This document shows, piece after piece, positions 26,138 to 35,355 of a DNA stretch of 64,000 nt (position 1 is the stretch's first letter; each line of letters starts with the position of its first letter). The notes beneath the pieces were generated by a model. It was not told the DNA's origin and ran no database searches. It saw only the letters and a program-made list of their open reading frames with translations. The stretch covers positions 62,001 to 126,000 of the IMG/VR virus record IMGVR_UViG_3300027969_000039, one strand, 5' to 3'. The position numbers and the translations under genes were made by a program.

Positions 26138-26865
26138 TTTTTGTTCGCTGGAAGCAAGTAAACATATGTTGCGATACCACTATCAACTGTAATCTCAGTC
26201 GCACCTTGTTCGCTAATCTTGACTTTCTTGTCACCAACTTGATCCATGATACTCAAGAATTCTTTAACGGGCCACTTATGTGTACCAGCTAGTGTACCAG
26301 TCACTGGGGTGTTGAACACAAAGTTACCACTGTGAGTTGATGCATCACCAAAGTATATCTTCAAATCACTGCCATCAGTTTTGAATACAAAATGTTCTTC
26401 TTCGCTATTAGCATTTGCTTGCTTTTTAAGACGTTGAATACCTGCAACTGTCGGCTCAAATTCAACATTCCATTTAGCACCTTTGAATGATACACTCTTA
26501 ACTTTTTCATCGACTACGCTTTTAAGCATAAGACGATAGTCATTAACAAAATCACCGTTCTTTGTTTCGAAATGAATAGTAGATGGAACATCTACACCAT
26601 CACGCTGAGTACGAACAACATTGATTTTAGCATCTTTGTCATATTCGTCAAACCCGATAATTGTCTTGAGTTTACTCAAGTTAGGCATACCAAACACACC
26701 GATAAAGTCAGCTAGTGGGTCTTTGAATGTACCACTTACGATAACATTTTTGTTTTCAGCTACTGCATTGATAGTAGTCTCTGTATCAGTACCAGTAACT
26801 TTAACAAGTTCAATTGTACCAAGACCATGCGTATGGTCAATTAAGTCTTTTAAATAATCTTTCAT
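26134..26865 (-). CDS. putative DNA sliding clamp (gp45/PCNA-like)
   Basis: 243-aa beta-rich protein directly downstream of the DNA polymerase; two-domain size. Confidence 0.65.
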   Translation of the reverse strand: MKDYLKDLIDHTHGLGTIELVKVTGTDTETTINAVAENKNVIVSGTFKDPLADFIGVFGMPNLSKLKTIIGFDEYDKDAKINVVRTQRDGVDVPSTIHFETKNGDFVNDYRLMLKSVVDEKVKSVSFKGAKWNVEFEPTVAGIQRLKKQANANSEEEHFVFKTDGSDLKIYFGDASTHSGNFVFNTPVTGTLAGTHKWPVKEFLSIMDQVGDKKVKISEQGATEITVDSGIATYVYLLPANKK

Positions 26866-26907
26866 TTTGTTTCCTTTGTTTAAAATATTTAGGAGTTCCT
26901 ATCACGT

Positions 26908-26936
26908 ATTATAGTGGAATATATTGCAATAGTCAA
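26908..26936 (-). promoter_or_regulatory. sigma70-type promoter
   Basis: TTGACT-N17-TATAAT; CTAAATA late motif just downstream. Confidence 0.75.
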
Positions 26937-26943
26937 CACCAGT

Positions 26944-29649
26944 TTAACCGAATGTGAATAAATCATCAAATGTTGAATTAACATCGGTGTTGCTTCTGAT
27001 ATCCCAATCTAATACACCAAGCAAGTTGTCTATCTTTTCATCAACCAATGTTGATTCCATTAGTAAATCATCAAATGGCAATTCTTTGAACCAACTTGGC
27101 AATCTCAATTCATCAACCGGATATGCGATACTAGTGAAACCTAATGCATTATCTTTGAGTTTACATACAACAATCTTCATACCATCTATAATCTTCTGGC
27201 TGTAGTTATCACCGTATACTCTGCGTAGATAGTTCCAGTTGATTGCTGCCCGTGCATGACCGACACCACACTTACCAGTCTTTTCAAACTCAATGGTATG
27301 CTTAGTCAAATTGTTAACACTCTTTGGACTACCCTTAGTCCAGCTGTCTTGTTCAGACAATTTGTTTTTGAATTCTTTGACCATTTCAATAACTTTATCC
27401 CTTTGAGCACCGGCAAGTACTTTTGTAAGTACATCCATTAAGAATTCTTGTATGTACTTTGGAGTATCAGCACGTTTCAAGTCAAGACCCATAGCTTTGA
27501 TATCACCATTCTTGCCGTTTGTGTCTTTACGCTTGCCTTCTTTATCAAAGATATTAATAGCATAACGCTTCTTAGTAATAAAGATAGCACGATCACCAAT
27601 CAATTCACGCCCAGCTTTAATGATTAAACCATTCTTTCTTGGAGCATGAAATGCTCGTTCCATGAATGCAGGGAATGATTCGTTTGCTTGTTCAGCAATA
27701 CTATCATATAGTCCGATACAAGTTTCTTTGTTCCACTCTAGTTCCCCGTTCGCTATTTGCGAATTGAGAATAGGATATGCAGTAAAGTAACATGAGTCAG
27801 TATCACCATACACAATAGCATTACCATCGTGTGCATATTCACCTGCAATTGTTTCGTTGATTGTACTCATCATATGTTTAACAATCTGACGACCACTTAA
27901 TGTAACTGATTGCCCGATACGCTTATCATAGAATCTGCAATGTTCATTCAATAGTGCGCCATACGCAGAGTTCAACAAAATCTTACGAACAAGTTGACGT
28001 TTATCATAATATTCATATTGGTCAGTGCCATAAGCTGCTTTTGCTTTAGCTTGCATTTCTTTACGTTCACTATACCAGCGAGACAATAGTCCTGGGACTA
28101 CGCCCTCTTTCTCATAAGTAAAGATTGTACCATTCGCAGATAGCATCCATGGGCGATTGCTATCAAATATAATCTTCCATATTTCAGCAGCACTATATTC
28201 TTCACTGCGACCATCTTCATAATCTAATGTAAGCATTACTCCACGGTCTTGATTCATAATAGCTGTATACTCTAATACACTAAACAAGTTTTCCCATAGA
28301 ATAGCACCAGTAACATCATCGTCACCTTCTTTGAATCGTTTCTTAAGGCTAGCAAGTTGCTTGCCCTTATCGTCCATATACTTGTCAGTTAATGTCTGAC
28401 GGACTTGACCAACGATGGTTTCTCCTGCCATGTTGAGGGCACGAATAACCGAGGGATAGAGCGAGTTAATGTCAACTGCTCCGACATATTCGTGCATGCC
28501 TTTTTTGGGCGTAGCAACGAAGGCACCTGCTGCTGGCGTTGTTTCTTCTGCATTTTCATTCTTTCGTTTTTTGTCTGGCACTACTAAACCGCGTTCATGC
28601 GCTTCATTGAAAATTGCCATTTCAATCATAGCTACAGAACCCATTACTGTTGGCAGTAATACTGTATTCTCATGTGCTAGCTGATTAGCTAGTTCTAAGA
28701 ATTGAAGTTTGTTGTGAATCTTCACTAACAACATGGTATCTTGACGATTATATTCAATAAACTTTTTAAAGTCTTTGTTATACAACTGGTCAAGAGTACC
28801 TTCATATTGAGTTTTGTTCTCTCCTACTTCCATCTCACCAATAGCATCTAACTTATATGAATGTCGTGATTCATAGTTATACTTTTTGTAGAGTTGTAAA
28901 TAGTCCAAATGAATACGACCTACTAAATCGTATGTAGTTTCACTTTTGCCAAATCTTTCGTATTCTCTTGCTTTAGGAAGTTGACCCATCAAGCAAAACT
29001 TGCGTGTATCATCCTTACTCATTACTCTTGTGACACGATTAACCATATAAGGTATATCATATCCTTCACTGTTCCAGCCAGTCATTACATCAGCATCTTC
29101 AATGAGTTGAAAGAAAACATCAAACATATCCTTCTCGTTAGTGAAAAGCATACAGTTCTCAAACTCATTACATATTTCTTGCGCTGTTTCTGGACTCATG
29201 TGCTTAGGAGCAATGACCAATGTAACTAATGTATCTTGCCAATCCAAATATAATGAGATAGCAGTCACTGGATTGAATGGGTCAGTCGTAGGACTAAAAC
29301 CTTTCTCAGGGTCAAAGTCTACCTCAATGTCAAAGAAGCAAGTATGTAGTTTAGGAACATCTGCCTTAAGATAGTTTTCACTAAGGCAACGAAAAATTAC
29401 TGGCACATCACTTTCAAATAATTTCTTACCTGAATGTATACGTTTTTCTTTTTCAAACTCTTGTCGTTTGCGTGTACTGAAACGATTTACAGGGTCACCA
29501 TATATACTGCGATACTTTCCCTTATGATCGGGATAGTAGAGTACATAGTTTGTGGGATATTCTTTGTATTGACGCTTTCCGTTCTGGTCTCGTTCCACCA
29601 CATAGATACGATCCTCATCCCTTGAGTGTATTGCATCCACATAGGACAT
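26944..29649 (-). CDS. family B DNA polymerase (gp43-like)
   Basis: FDIEVD exonuclease motif; DINSLYPS, KILLNSAYG and YGDTDS polymerase motifs; no intein seen. Confidence 0.97.
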   Translation of the reverse strand: MSYVDAIHSRDEDRIYVVERDQNGKRQYKEYPTNYVLYYPDHKGKYRSIYGDPVNRFSTRKRQEFEKEKRIHSGKKLFESDVPVIFRCLSENYLKADVPKLHTCFFDIEVDFDPEKGFSPTTDPFNPVTAISLYLDWQDTLVTLVIAPKHMSPETAQEICNEFENCMLFTNEKDMFDVFFQLIEDADVMTGWNSEGYDIPYMVNRVTRVMSKDDTRKFCLMGQLPKAREYERFGKSETTYDLVGRIHLDYLQLYKKYNYESRHSYKLDAIGEMEVGENKTQYEGTLDQLYNKDFKKFIEYNRQDTMLLVKIHNKLQFLELANQLAHENTVLLPTVMGSVAMIEMAIFNEAHERGLVVPDKKRKNENAEETTPAAGAFVATPKKGMHEYVGAVDINSLYPSVIRALNMAGETIVGQVRQTLTDKYMDDKGKQLASLKKRFKEGDDDVTGAILWENLFSVLEYTAIMNQDRGVMLTLDYEDGRSEEYSAAEIWKIIFDSNRPWMLSANGTIFTYEKEGVVPGLLSRWYSERKEMQAKAKAAYGTDQYEYYDKRQLVRKILLNSAYGALLNEHCRFYDKRIGQSVTLSGRQIVKHMMSTINETIAGEYAHDGNAIVYGDTDSCYFTAYPILNSQIANGELEWNKETCIGLYDSIAEQANESFPAFMERAFHAPRKNGLIIKAGRELIGDRAIFITKKRYAINIFDKEGKRKDTNGKNGDIKAMGLDLKRADTPKYIQEFLMDVLTKVLAGAQRDKVIEMVKEFKNKLSEQDSWTKGSPKSVNNLTKHTIEFEKTGKCGVGHARAAINWNYLRRVYGDNYSQKIIDGMKIVVCKLKDNALGFTSIAYPVDELRLPSWFKELPFDDLLMESTLVDEKIDNLLGVLDWDIRSNTDVNSTFDDLFTFG

Positions 29650-29909
29650 TACAGTGTTTTACCCACAGTTTCCAAGATAGTATTTAATTCCTCGTGGTCG
29701 GCATTTGTTTGACCAAGACTTGCTTTGTGTGCGACAGATATTGCCTTCTTAAGAATGCTAGGCTTTACTTCTAGTTCTTCTGCAATAGCCTTGACAGTAT
29801 CACTTAGACCCTCGCGTAGGGTATCGATCTCGTGTAATACTACCATGCCCTCGTTGATAAGTTGAGTCAACTTAATCTTTTGCTCTCCGGTAAACATTTT
29901 ATCACTCAT
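29649..29909 (-). CDS. small DNA-binding protein (T4 DsbA/GapR-like, tentative)
   Basis: start MSDKM after GGAG; helical, with a KAIAEELEVKPSILKKAI pattern. Confidence 0.5.
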   Translation of the reverse strand: MSDKMFTGEQKIKLTQLINEGMVVLHEIDTLREGLSDTVKAIAEELEVKPSILKKAISVAHKASLGQTNADHEELNTILETVGKTL

Positions 29910-29931
29910 AGTTTCTCCTTGTAAAGTAATT

Positions 29932-29960
29932 AGTATACATGCCTTGTGTAGAAAAGTCAA
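29932..29960 (-). promoter_or_regulatory. sigma70-type promoter
   Basis: TTGACT-N17-TATACT. Confidence 0.7.
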
Positions 29961-30565
29961 ACATTTTGCTGTTTTTCTACAATCTTTTTAACCACAGTAT
30001 TCAGTCCTGGGTTAATATGTAATGCGTGTGGCATTAAATGTGTTCTTACATAGTTACGCATATACTTCGTGTCATCATTGCTATTATCGTGACACCAATC
30101 AATTGATTTCTGTTCGCACCATTTTGTGAATTCGATTTTGTTTGTAGTTAGAAATGGGCGAACAACATTGTTTCTTTTTGCTGGGATAACTTTGGCTTGT
30201 CCATGCATTGCTGACCAAAGATATGTTTCTACGCAATCATCTAAGTGATGACCAGTTATCACTGGACCCAATGAATTGCCAATACTATCCAAAAAATCAT
30301 AGCGTTCATTACGCCAATGTTCTTCCATGCTAAGTTCTTTGGGTTTACTCTTTTTAATCATCCCAATCATCAATGGAAGTTTTCGTTCTGTGCAGAAATT
30401 AGCAACAAATTGTAAGGCTCGTTCGCTATTCTCTGTTCCATGATGGAAGAAAGCGCAACCTACCTTATGCTTGTGTGAAAGGAAATCAGTGATGGCAACA
30501 GAGTCAACACCGCCACTAAGTGCGACAACAACTTCTTTTGGTAATGGAAAGAGTAGTTTTAGCAT
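29957..30565 (-). CDS. tilS: TilS-like PP-loop ATPase (catalytic domain only)
   Basis: ALSGGVDS, TGHHLDD.VET, VVRPFL, D.SN...YMRNYVR. Confidence 0.8.
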   Translation of the reverse strand: MLKLLFPLPKEVVVALSGGVDSVAITDFLSHKHKVGCAFFHHGTENSERALQFVANFCTERKLPLMIGMIKKSKPKELSMEEHWRNERYDFLDSIGNSLGPVITGHHLDDCVETYLWSAMHGQAKVIPAKRNNVVRPFLTTNKIEFTKWCEQKSIDWCHDNSNDDTKYMRNYVRTHLMPHALHINPGLNTVVKKIVEKQQNV

Positions 30566-30591
30566 CTACGCATTATAGCATAGAAACGATT

Positions 30592-31176
30592 TTATTGAAA
30601 GATTTCTGGGTGACTTTTGCCAAATATTTTCATGGCTTTGCCCGCAGTCATATCTGCTAGCATTTCAATTGGGCTACCAGGATAACTATCGCCCGGTTCG
30701 ATCATATTCAATTCACCTTGACGTACATGGGTTAGTTCGTGATAAACGGTACGCATAATGTCAACCATGTTACGATTAGCAACATATACCCAAACACTGT
30801 TATCGTTTTCTGAATGACGACCGGTGTGATGTCCTTGTTGTGCTTCTTCGGTATTGTAACTGAATTCAAATTTAGGTGTAGATTGTAGATGTAATTCTTT
30901 ACTAGCCCACTGGATGAATTTTTGCATTATTGGATTGTCTTCCAAGAAGTTTGGTTCATCGCTTGCTTCATCTAATTTACCCTTGACCCATTCATCTGGT
31001 GATCTTTTGAATTTGTGAACGAACAAATCATGTAATGCTTTACCAGTGATACGATGTTTACTTGCAATATTTTGCATCAACTTGTCAATAGTATTATAGT
31101 CATATTTTTGCAATGACGGTAGTCTTTTTGATAATTCAATTGCAGCGGATTCAACAATGATGTGTTTTGTGAGCAT
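30592..31176 (-). CDS. HExxH metallopeptidase with leader module
   Basis: start MLTKHIIVE 4 nt after ATAAATA; TVYHELTHVRQ and downstream E. Confidence 0.7.
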   Translation of the reverse strand: MLTKHIIVESAAIELSKRLPSLQKYDYNTIDKLMQNIASKHRITGKALHDLFVHKFKRSPDEWVKGKLDEASDEPNFLEDNPIMQKFIQWASKELHLQSTPKFEFSYNTEEAQQGHHTGRHSENDNSVWVYVANRNMVDIMRTVYHELTHVRQGELNMIEPGDSYPGSPIEMLADMTAGKAMKIFGKSHPEIFQ

Positions 31177-31203
31177 TATGTATTTATCAATGGTGCTCAC
31201 TTT

Positions 31204-31269
31204 AACGAACTAAATGGGTAGCGATTCCTATTCGTTGGCCAGCAGCCGGCCACACGGCCCTAAGGTGTG
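31204..31269. ncRNA. candidate structured RNA / DNA element
   Basis: GC-rich intergenic stretch with three adjacent stems; no family recognised. Confidence 0.35.
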
Positions 31270-31272
31270 TTC

Positions 31273-31956
31273 TTACCAAGAATTTTCTTTTAATTCTAAG
31301 GTGTATGTATCAAATCTTTTCAATCTAGCTAAAAACTCATTAGTTTGTTCAGTAACAATTCCAGTCATTTGAAATGTAACTCGTGGAACATGTCCTGCAT
31401 TTGCAGTAGAGTGCGGAACATTCTTCCAATCAAATGTACTGACATCGCCGGCTTTCCATCCAGTGTGATTATAATTACCATAACTCCAAAAATGTCCCAT
31501 CTGCCAATCTGTTAATTGAACAACGATTCTAGTAACTAAGTATGGTTGTTCTGGATTCCATTTTTCAAGTTTGTCTAAATGCAAGTTCCAAACTTCACCC
31601 GGCATCTGCACATGTACACGATTCATGCAATCTTTCAATCCAAACAAATCACTAATCTTTTGCAGATTGGGAGATATCTTCCATGATAGATGACTGATTA
31701 TATAATCTTTACCATACCCGGTTTGTTCTAAATCATAATCTTCTGCTGCTAGTTCTTCTTCAGGTCTAGATTTACCTGCTTGTCCTCGTGTACGCCATGT
31801 TGCAGGTTTGCTATTACTAACTGCGTTTTCAACATCACTAGAGTAGTCAGCAATAATTCTTCCTAACTTAACAACTGTGTCATAGTTTGGGTCCATTTTA
31901 GTTGTATCAAAGTGATACTTACTTCTTATTTTTGTATTTTCCCAATTTGAATTCAT
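31273..31956 (-). CDS. 2OG-Fe(II) oxygenase superfamily protein
   Basis: HLD...H...R(VTFQ) pattern in a double-stranded beta-helix context. Confidence 0.7.
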   Translation of the reverse strand: MNSNWENTKIRSKYHFDTTKMDPNYDTVVKLGRIIADYSSDVENAVSNSKPATWRTRGQAGKSRPEEELAAEDYDLEQTGYGKDYIISHLSWKISPNLQKISDLFGLKDCMNRVHVQMPGEVWNLHLDKLEKWNPEQPYLVTRIVVQLTDWQMGHFWSYGNYNHTGWKAGDVSTFDWKNVPHSTANAGHVPRVTFQMTGIVTEQTNEFLARLKRFDTYTLELKENSW

Positions 31957-32585
31957 ATTACAGTTACCCTTACATCTGATTCCCCATAATTTTGTTGATA
32001 TTCAACTGGGGGTTGTTCTATATTTAACATATCACAGAGCATGGTATTATTTAATGGGGTTTTGCCTGGGTAGTTTAAGGTGCCGTTGACAATACCGATG
32101 TTCTGTGCTTCAATAATTTTAGACATTGCACGTAGATTTTTATAATGTTGATAGTTTGGATATGTAATATCAAAATGTCCGCATTTTACCCACCACCCTA
32201 AACAAGCGTCATCGGGTCTGTGTACCAATATCAGTGGACATTCTGGCCAGGTCTTTTTTATAAACTCAATATGTTGAGTATAGCTGAACCAATGACTTTT
32301 GATTATACGAATGCCTTCACCATTAAATGGGCGGTCAAATTCTAATTCGTGTCCTTGTTTGCTGCGTGTGCCAAGACCATCTCCATCTAAAAACCAATCG
32401 CCGAATTCCATGCCCGGATCAAAGTATGCACCCATATGCATGAGTTCTGTGCGACCAGTCGCATCATGAAAATAGGTGCGCTCAATACTGTGGTCACTGC
32501 GATCAATACTGGGACTGTGATAGATGTTCTTCGCTACACTGCTCCATTTACTGCCTGGGGCGCCGGCTACAAATATATATTTCAT
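31953..32585 (-). CDS. sulfotransferase-like / P-loop protein
   Basis: FVAGAPGSKWS N-terminus, IIKSHW and LVHRP. Confidence 0.5.
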   Translation of the reverse strand: MKYIFVAGAPGSKWSSVAKNIYHSPSIDRSDHSIERTYFHDATGRTELMHMGAYFDPGMEFGDWFLDGDGLGTRSKQGHELEFDRPFNGEGIRIIKSHWFSYTQHIEFIKKTWPECPLILVHRPDDACLGWWVKCGHFDITYPNYQHYKNLRAMSKIIEAQNIGIVNGTLNYPGKTPLNNTMLCDMLNIEQPPVEYQQNYGESDVRVTVI

Positions 32586-33538
32586 TCAGGTTTAAATCGT
32601 TGTGCTATTGGTTGCCATTCTTTGCGTAACTTAATCATGCTAGCATTTAGTCCTTGTGCTGTGTGTTCATTCGTACTTATGAACATCATGTTCTCCTCAA
32701 ACTTTTCTTTAGCTTCTTTGCTATTGATAGCAGGGATGAAATTTGTACGATACCAGTCTTGTATATCTTTTGATGTACCTTTGGGTAGTATAAGATTCCA
32801 GCAGCCATATAGATTTAACCCCGGCGCGTAGTCTTTCATTAATGGCACTTTTTCTAATCCATGAATAGGTACTTCACTTGCTAGACCAATTAACTTTAAC
32901 TTACCTGCTTGTACATAAGGATAACCAACTGCAACTGGTGTCACACTAAACTCAACATGCCCGCCCATAACATCTAATAATGCTTGCGCTGGCCCTTTGT
33001 ACATAATAGTTTCAACCTTATCACCTGCTACATTCAACTTACTAGTTAGATATTCTACTGCTAGTTTATGTCCGCCTCCACCAATAGCAAAATTGATAGG
33101 TCTTTGTTTAGATTTAATTTCATTTATCAATTCTTCTGGGGTGTTTACTTTACTACTAGGGTGTGCCCAGAATGCTAATGGGCTTTTAGCAATATTAGCG
33201 ATTGGTTCAAATTCAAAAATGTTATATTTAAGCATTTGCGGATACCATATTTCAGCAGTCACCCATTGACTATTACATGCTGGCATAGAGATGGTATATC
33301 CATCATTAGCTACAGTGTTGAAATAATTTGTAGCAAGATTGCCATCTGCGCCTGGTTTATATTCAGATATAAATTTTGTACCAGTGTTCTTTTCTACAAT
33401 GTCTGCTACGATTTTAAAACTTATCTCATTGCCAGCACCCGGACCGTTTGGATATATAACAGTAATTGGTTTAGTTGGTTGCCAAGCTATAGCAGACAAT
33501 GACACAAGTAAAGTTAGAATAAAGATTATTGATTTCAT
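32582..33538 (-). CDS. TctC/Bug-family periplasmic solute-binding protein
   Basis: signal peptide; KPITVIYPNGPGAG, KPGADG, YKGPAQALLDVMGGHV motifs; start MKSII at 33538. Confidence 0.85.
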   Translation of the reverse strand: MKSIIFILTLLVSLSAIAWQPTKPITVIYPNGPGAGNEISFKIVADIVEKNTGTKFISEYKPGADGNLATNYFNTVANDGYTISMPACNSQWVTAEIWYPQMLKYNIFEFEPIANIAKSPLAFWAHPSSKVNTPEELINEIKSKQRPINFAIGGGGHKLAVEYLTSKLNVAGDKVETIMYKGPAQALLDVMGGHVEFSVTPVAVGYPYVQAGKLKLIGLASEVPIHGLEKVPLMKDYAPGLNLYGCWNLILPKGTSKDIQDWYRTNFIPAINSKEAKEKFEENMMFISTNEHTAQGLNASMIKLRKEWQPIAQRFKPE

Positions 33539-33546
33539 AAGAGTGA

Positions 33547-33562
33547 TTAAATATATATTTAA
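33547..33562. promoter_or_regulatory. palindromic divergent late promoter
   Basis: perfect palindrome TTAAATATATATTTAA with TAAATA on both strands, each 17 nt from an ATG. Confidence 0.6.
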
Positions 33563-33570
33563 CAGCATTT

Positions 33571-34104
33571 ATGACAGTCAATCAAATTTTATTAAACCAA
33601 TACTTTGGTACCATTTGGCATCAAAATAGCGATCCTTCCAAGAAGGATACTAAATCAGGGAAACAATTAATAGACAAAATTAATCCCGGTGAATCAGTAC
33701 TAGATGTAGGGTGTGGAACTAATCCTTTTAAAGGAATCATTCCCAATCTAACTGGAATTGATCCGGCTTTTGACCAAGCAGATCACAAGATATCAATTGA
33801 TGATTTTGAAACTAGTGAGAAATATGATGTTGCACTATGTCTGGGTAGTATAAATTTTGGAGGTAGTAGTGACATTGAGAGACAAATTGCCAAAGTCATT
33901 TCATTAATGAAACCAAATGGGAGAATATATTGGCGTTGCAATCCAGGAAGACAAGATCACCCTAGTGATGAATGCAAAAATGTGCCTTTTTATGCATGGT
34001 CTATACAAGAGCATGAGAGACTAACTGCTATGTTTGAAGCACGACTGATTGAATGTTGTTGGGAAGATAATGGTCGTAGAATATACGCTGAATGGAATCT
34101 TTAA
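33571..34104 (+). CDS. class I SAM-dependent methyltransferase
   Basis: VLDVGCG, GID and YDVALCLGSINF motifs. Confidence 0.8.
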   Translation: MTVNQILLNQYFGTIWHQNSDPSKKDTKSGKQLIDKINPGESVLDVGCGTNPFKGIIPNLTGIDPAFDQADHKISIDDFETSEKYDVALCLGSINFGGSSDIERQIAKVISLMKPNGRIYWRCNPGRQDHPSDECKNVPFYAWSIQEHERLTAMFEARLIECCWEDNGRRIYAEWNL

Positions 34105-34913
34105 TCGTCACTCTTACCACACTTAGCACGTTTAGCTTGTGTGAGTTTGCCGAAGTCAACTGGCCATTCTTGGCCTGGTTGTAATTCTTTAGCCCCTTGA
34201 GGGAATCCAAACTTTACACCTGAGGCTTGTTCAATCTGTGTTATAGGTAAACGAAACTTAGTTAAATCATTTCCTAAATTAGGATATGGAACAACATGTG
34301 GGAAACTCCATCCTGCTACTTCTTTAGTTTGATTGTTAATTACTATTTTATAGAAGCCATGTGGAACGATTACTCCATTGCCAATCTTCTTATCAGAAGT
34401 GGAATATAATGCTCCAACATATACGGTATATGATTGGTTCCGTTGAACTGACCATCCACGGACAGATGTTTCCAGTAATTTCCAGATTCCACGATTTAAT
34501 GAGCCAGCCTGGGGCGCCATGTTTGTCATTAAAAAACTCTCAAATTCTACTTGCGTATCCCAAGACAAATCTCCATCAGGAGCCATATGTCCTTTATCGT
34601 AATTAGTTCCAATATAATCATCAGGTCTAGCACCATTAGAAATATACTGATTAGCGGCAAAAGCATTAGTACGAGCCACACAACCCAGTGCATTTTGCGG
34701 AAGTAGTTCATAAGTTACAAACCTTGGTAGTTTTGCAGATGCATCATAACCAACTAGATATGCTTGTTGGCATAGTGGCTGAACACCTTGTGTTTGAGGG
34801 AATCCGTATGGTGCATGTACTTGGCATTGTTGAACTGAATTTGGGGGACGTTGTGTCCAAGCAGATACGGTGAATGAAGCAGTGACTAATAATAGTGATA
34901 TTATTTTTTTCAT
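34101..34913 (-). CDS. secreted DNA/RNA non-specific endonuclease (NucA/EndoG-like)
   Basis: signal peptide; YDKGHMAP, TNMAPQ..LNRGIW..LE and VPHGFYKIV. Confidence 0.9.
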   Translation of the reverse strand: MKKIISLLLVTASFTVSAWTQRPPNSVQQCQVHAPYGFPQTQGVQPLCQQAYLVGYDASAKLPRFVTYELLPQNALGCVARTNAFAANQYISNGARPDDYIGTNYDKGHMAPDGDLSWDTQVEFESFLMTNMAPQAGSLNRGIWKLLETSVRGWSVQRNQSYTVYVGALYSTSDKKIGNGVIVPHGFYKIVINNQTKEVAGWSFPHVVPYPNLGNDLTKFRLPITQIEQASGVKFGFPQGAKELQPGQEWPVDFGKLTQAKRAKCGKSDD

Positions 34914-34914
34914 A

Positions 34915-35355
34915 TTACGCTCGGGCTTTCTTTAGAGTACTACGAATCATCCATTGATGTTTTTCGTGAGCATCTAGCCTCTCAGCGATAAAGTTTGCTA
35001 TACCTTGTTTGTTTTCTTGTGTAGCTGAAGCAAAGCAATGGTTGAGTAAATCAATCATCTTACTGTTATCTTCGAATAATTCAGCAAACATTAATTCAGC
35101 ACGAGGAATTTTAAGTTGGTCTTGAATGATAGATAATTCAGCGTAGCGTGTTAAACTGCCGGGTGCATAACTATCCAATGTACGAATGTATTCAGCAACT
35201 TTATCTACTGCACTATATACTTCTTCATAGAAATTACCAAAGAATTCGTGATATTCAGGGAAGTCAGGTCCTTCAACATTCCAATGAAAGTTCTGTGCTT
35301 TGATGGATAGTGAATTAACGCTAGCCAATAATACTTTTAAATCTTCTGCTAACAT
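34915..35355 (-). CDS. dps: Dps ferritin-like protein
   Basis: FHWNVEG..F...HEFF..FYEE...VD.VAEYIR; HEKHQWM. Confidence 0.9.
   Translation of the reverse strand: MLAEDLKVLLASVNSLSIKAQNFHWNVEGPDFPEYHEFFGNFYEEVYSAVDKVAEYIRTLDSYAPGSLTRYAELSIIQDQLKIPRAELMFAELFEDNSKMIDLLNHCFASATQENKQGIANFIAERLDAHEKHQWMIRSTLKKARA

Noticed and set aside
26944-29649. Intein or intron in the DNA polymerase
   Set aside because: Continuous 901-aa ORF of normal size with no splicing motifs seen.
29957-30565. QueC completing the preQ0 pathway
   Set aside because: PP-loop present, but TilS motifs (GHHLDD, SN...RNYVR) and no QueC C-terminal Cys/Zn motif.
31204-31269. tRNA, pistol, twister or HDV/theta ribozyme
   Set aside because: No cloverleaf or TTC arm; required pseudoknot partners and catalytic junctions could not be placed on either strand.
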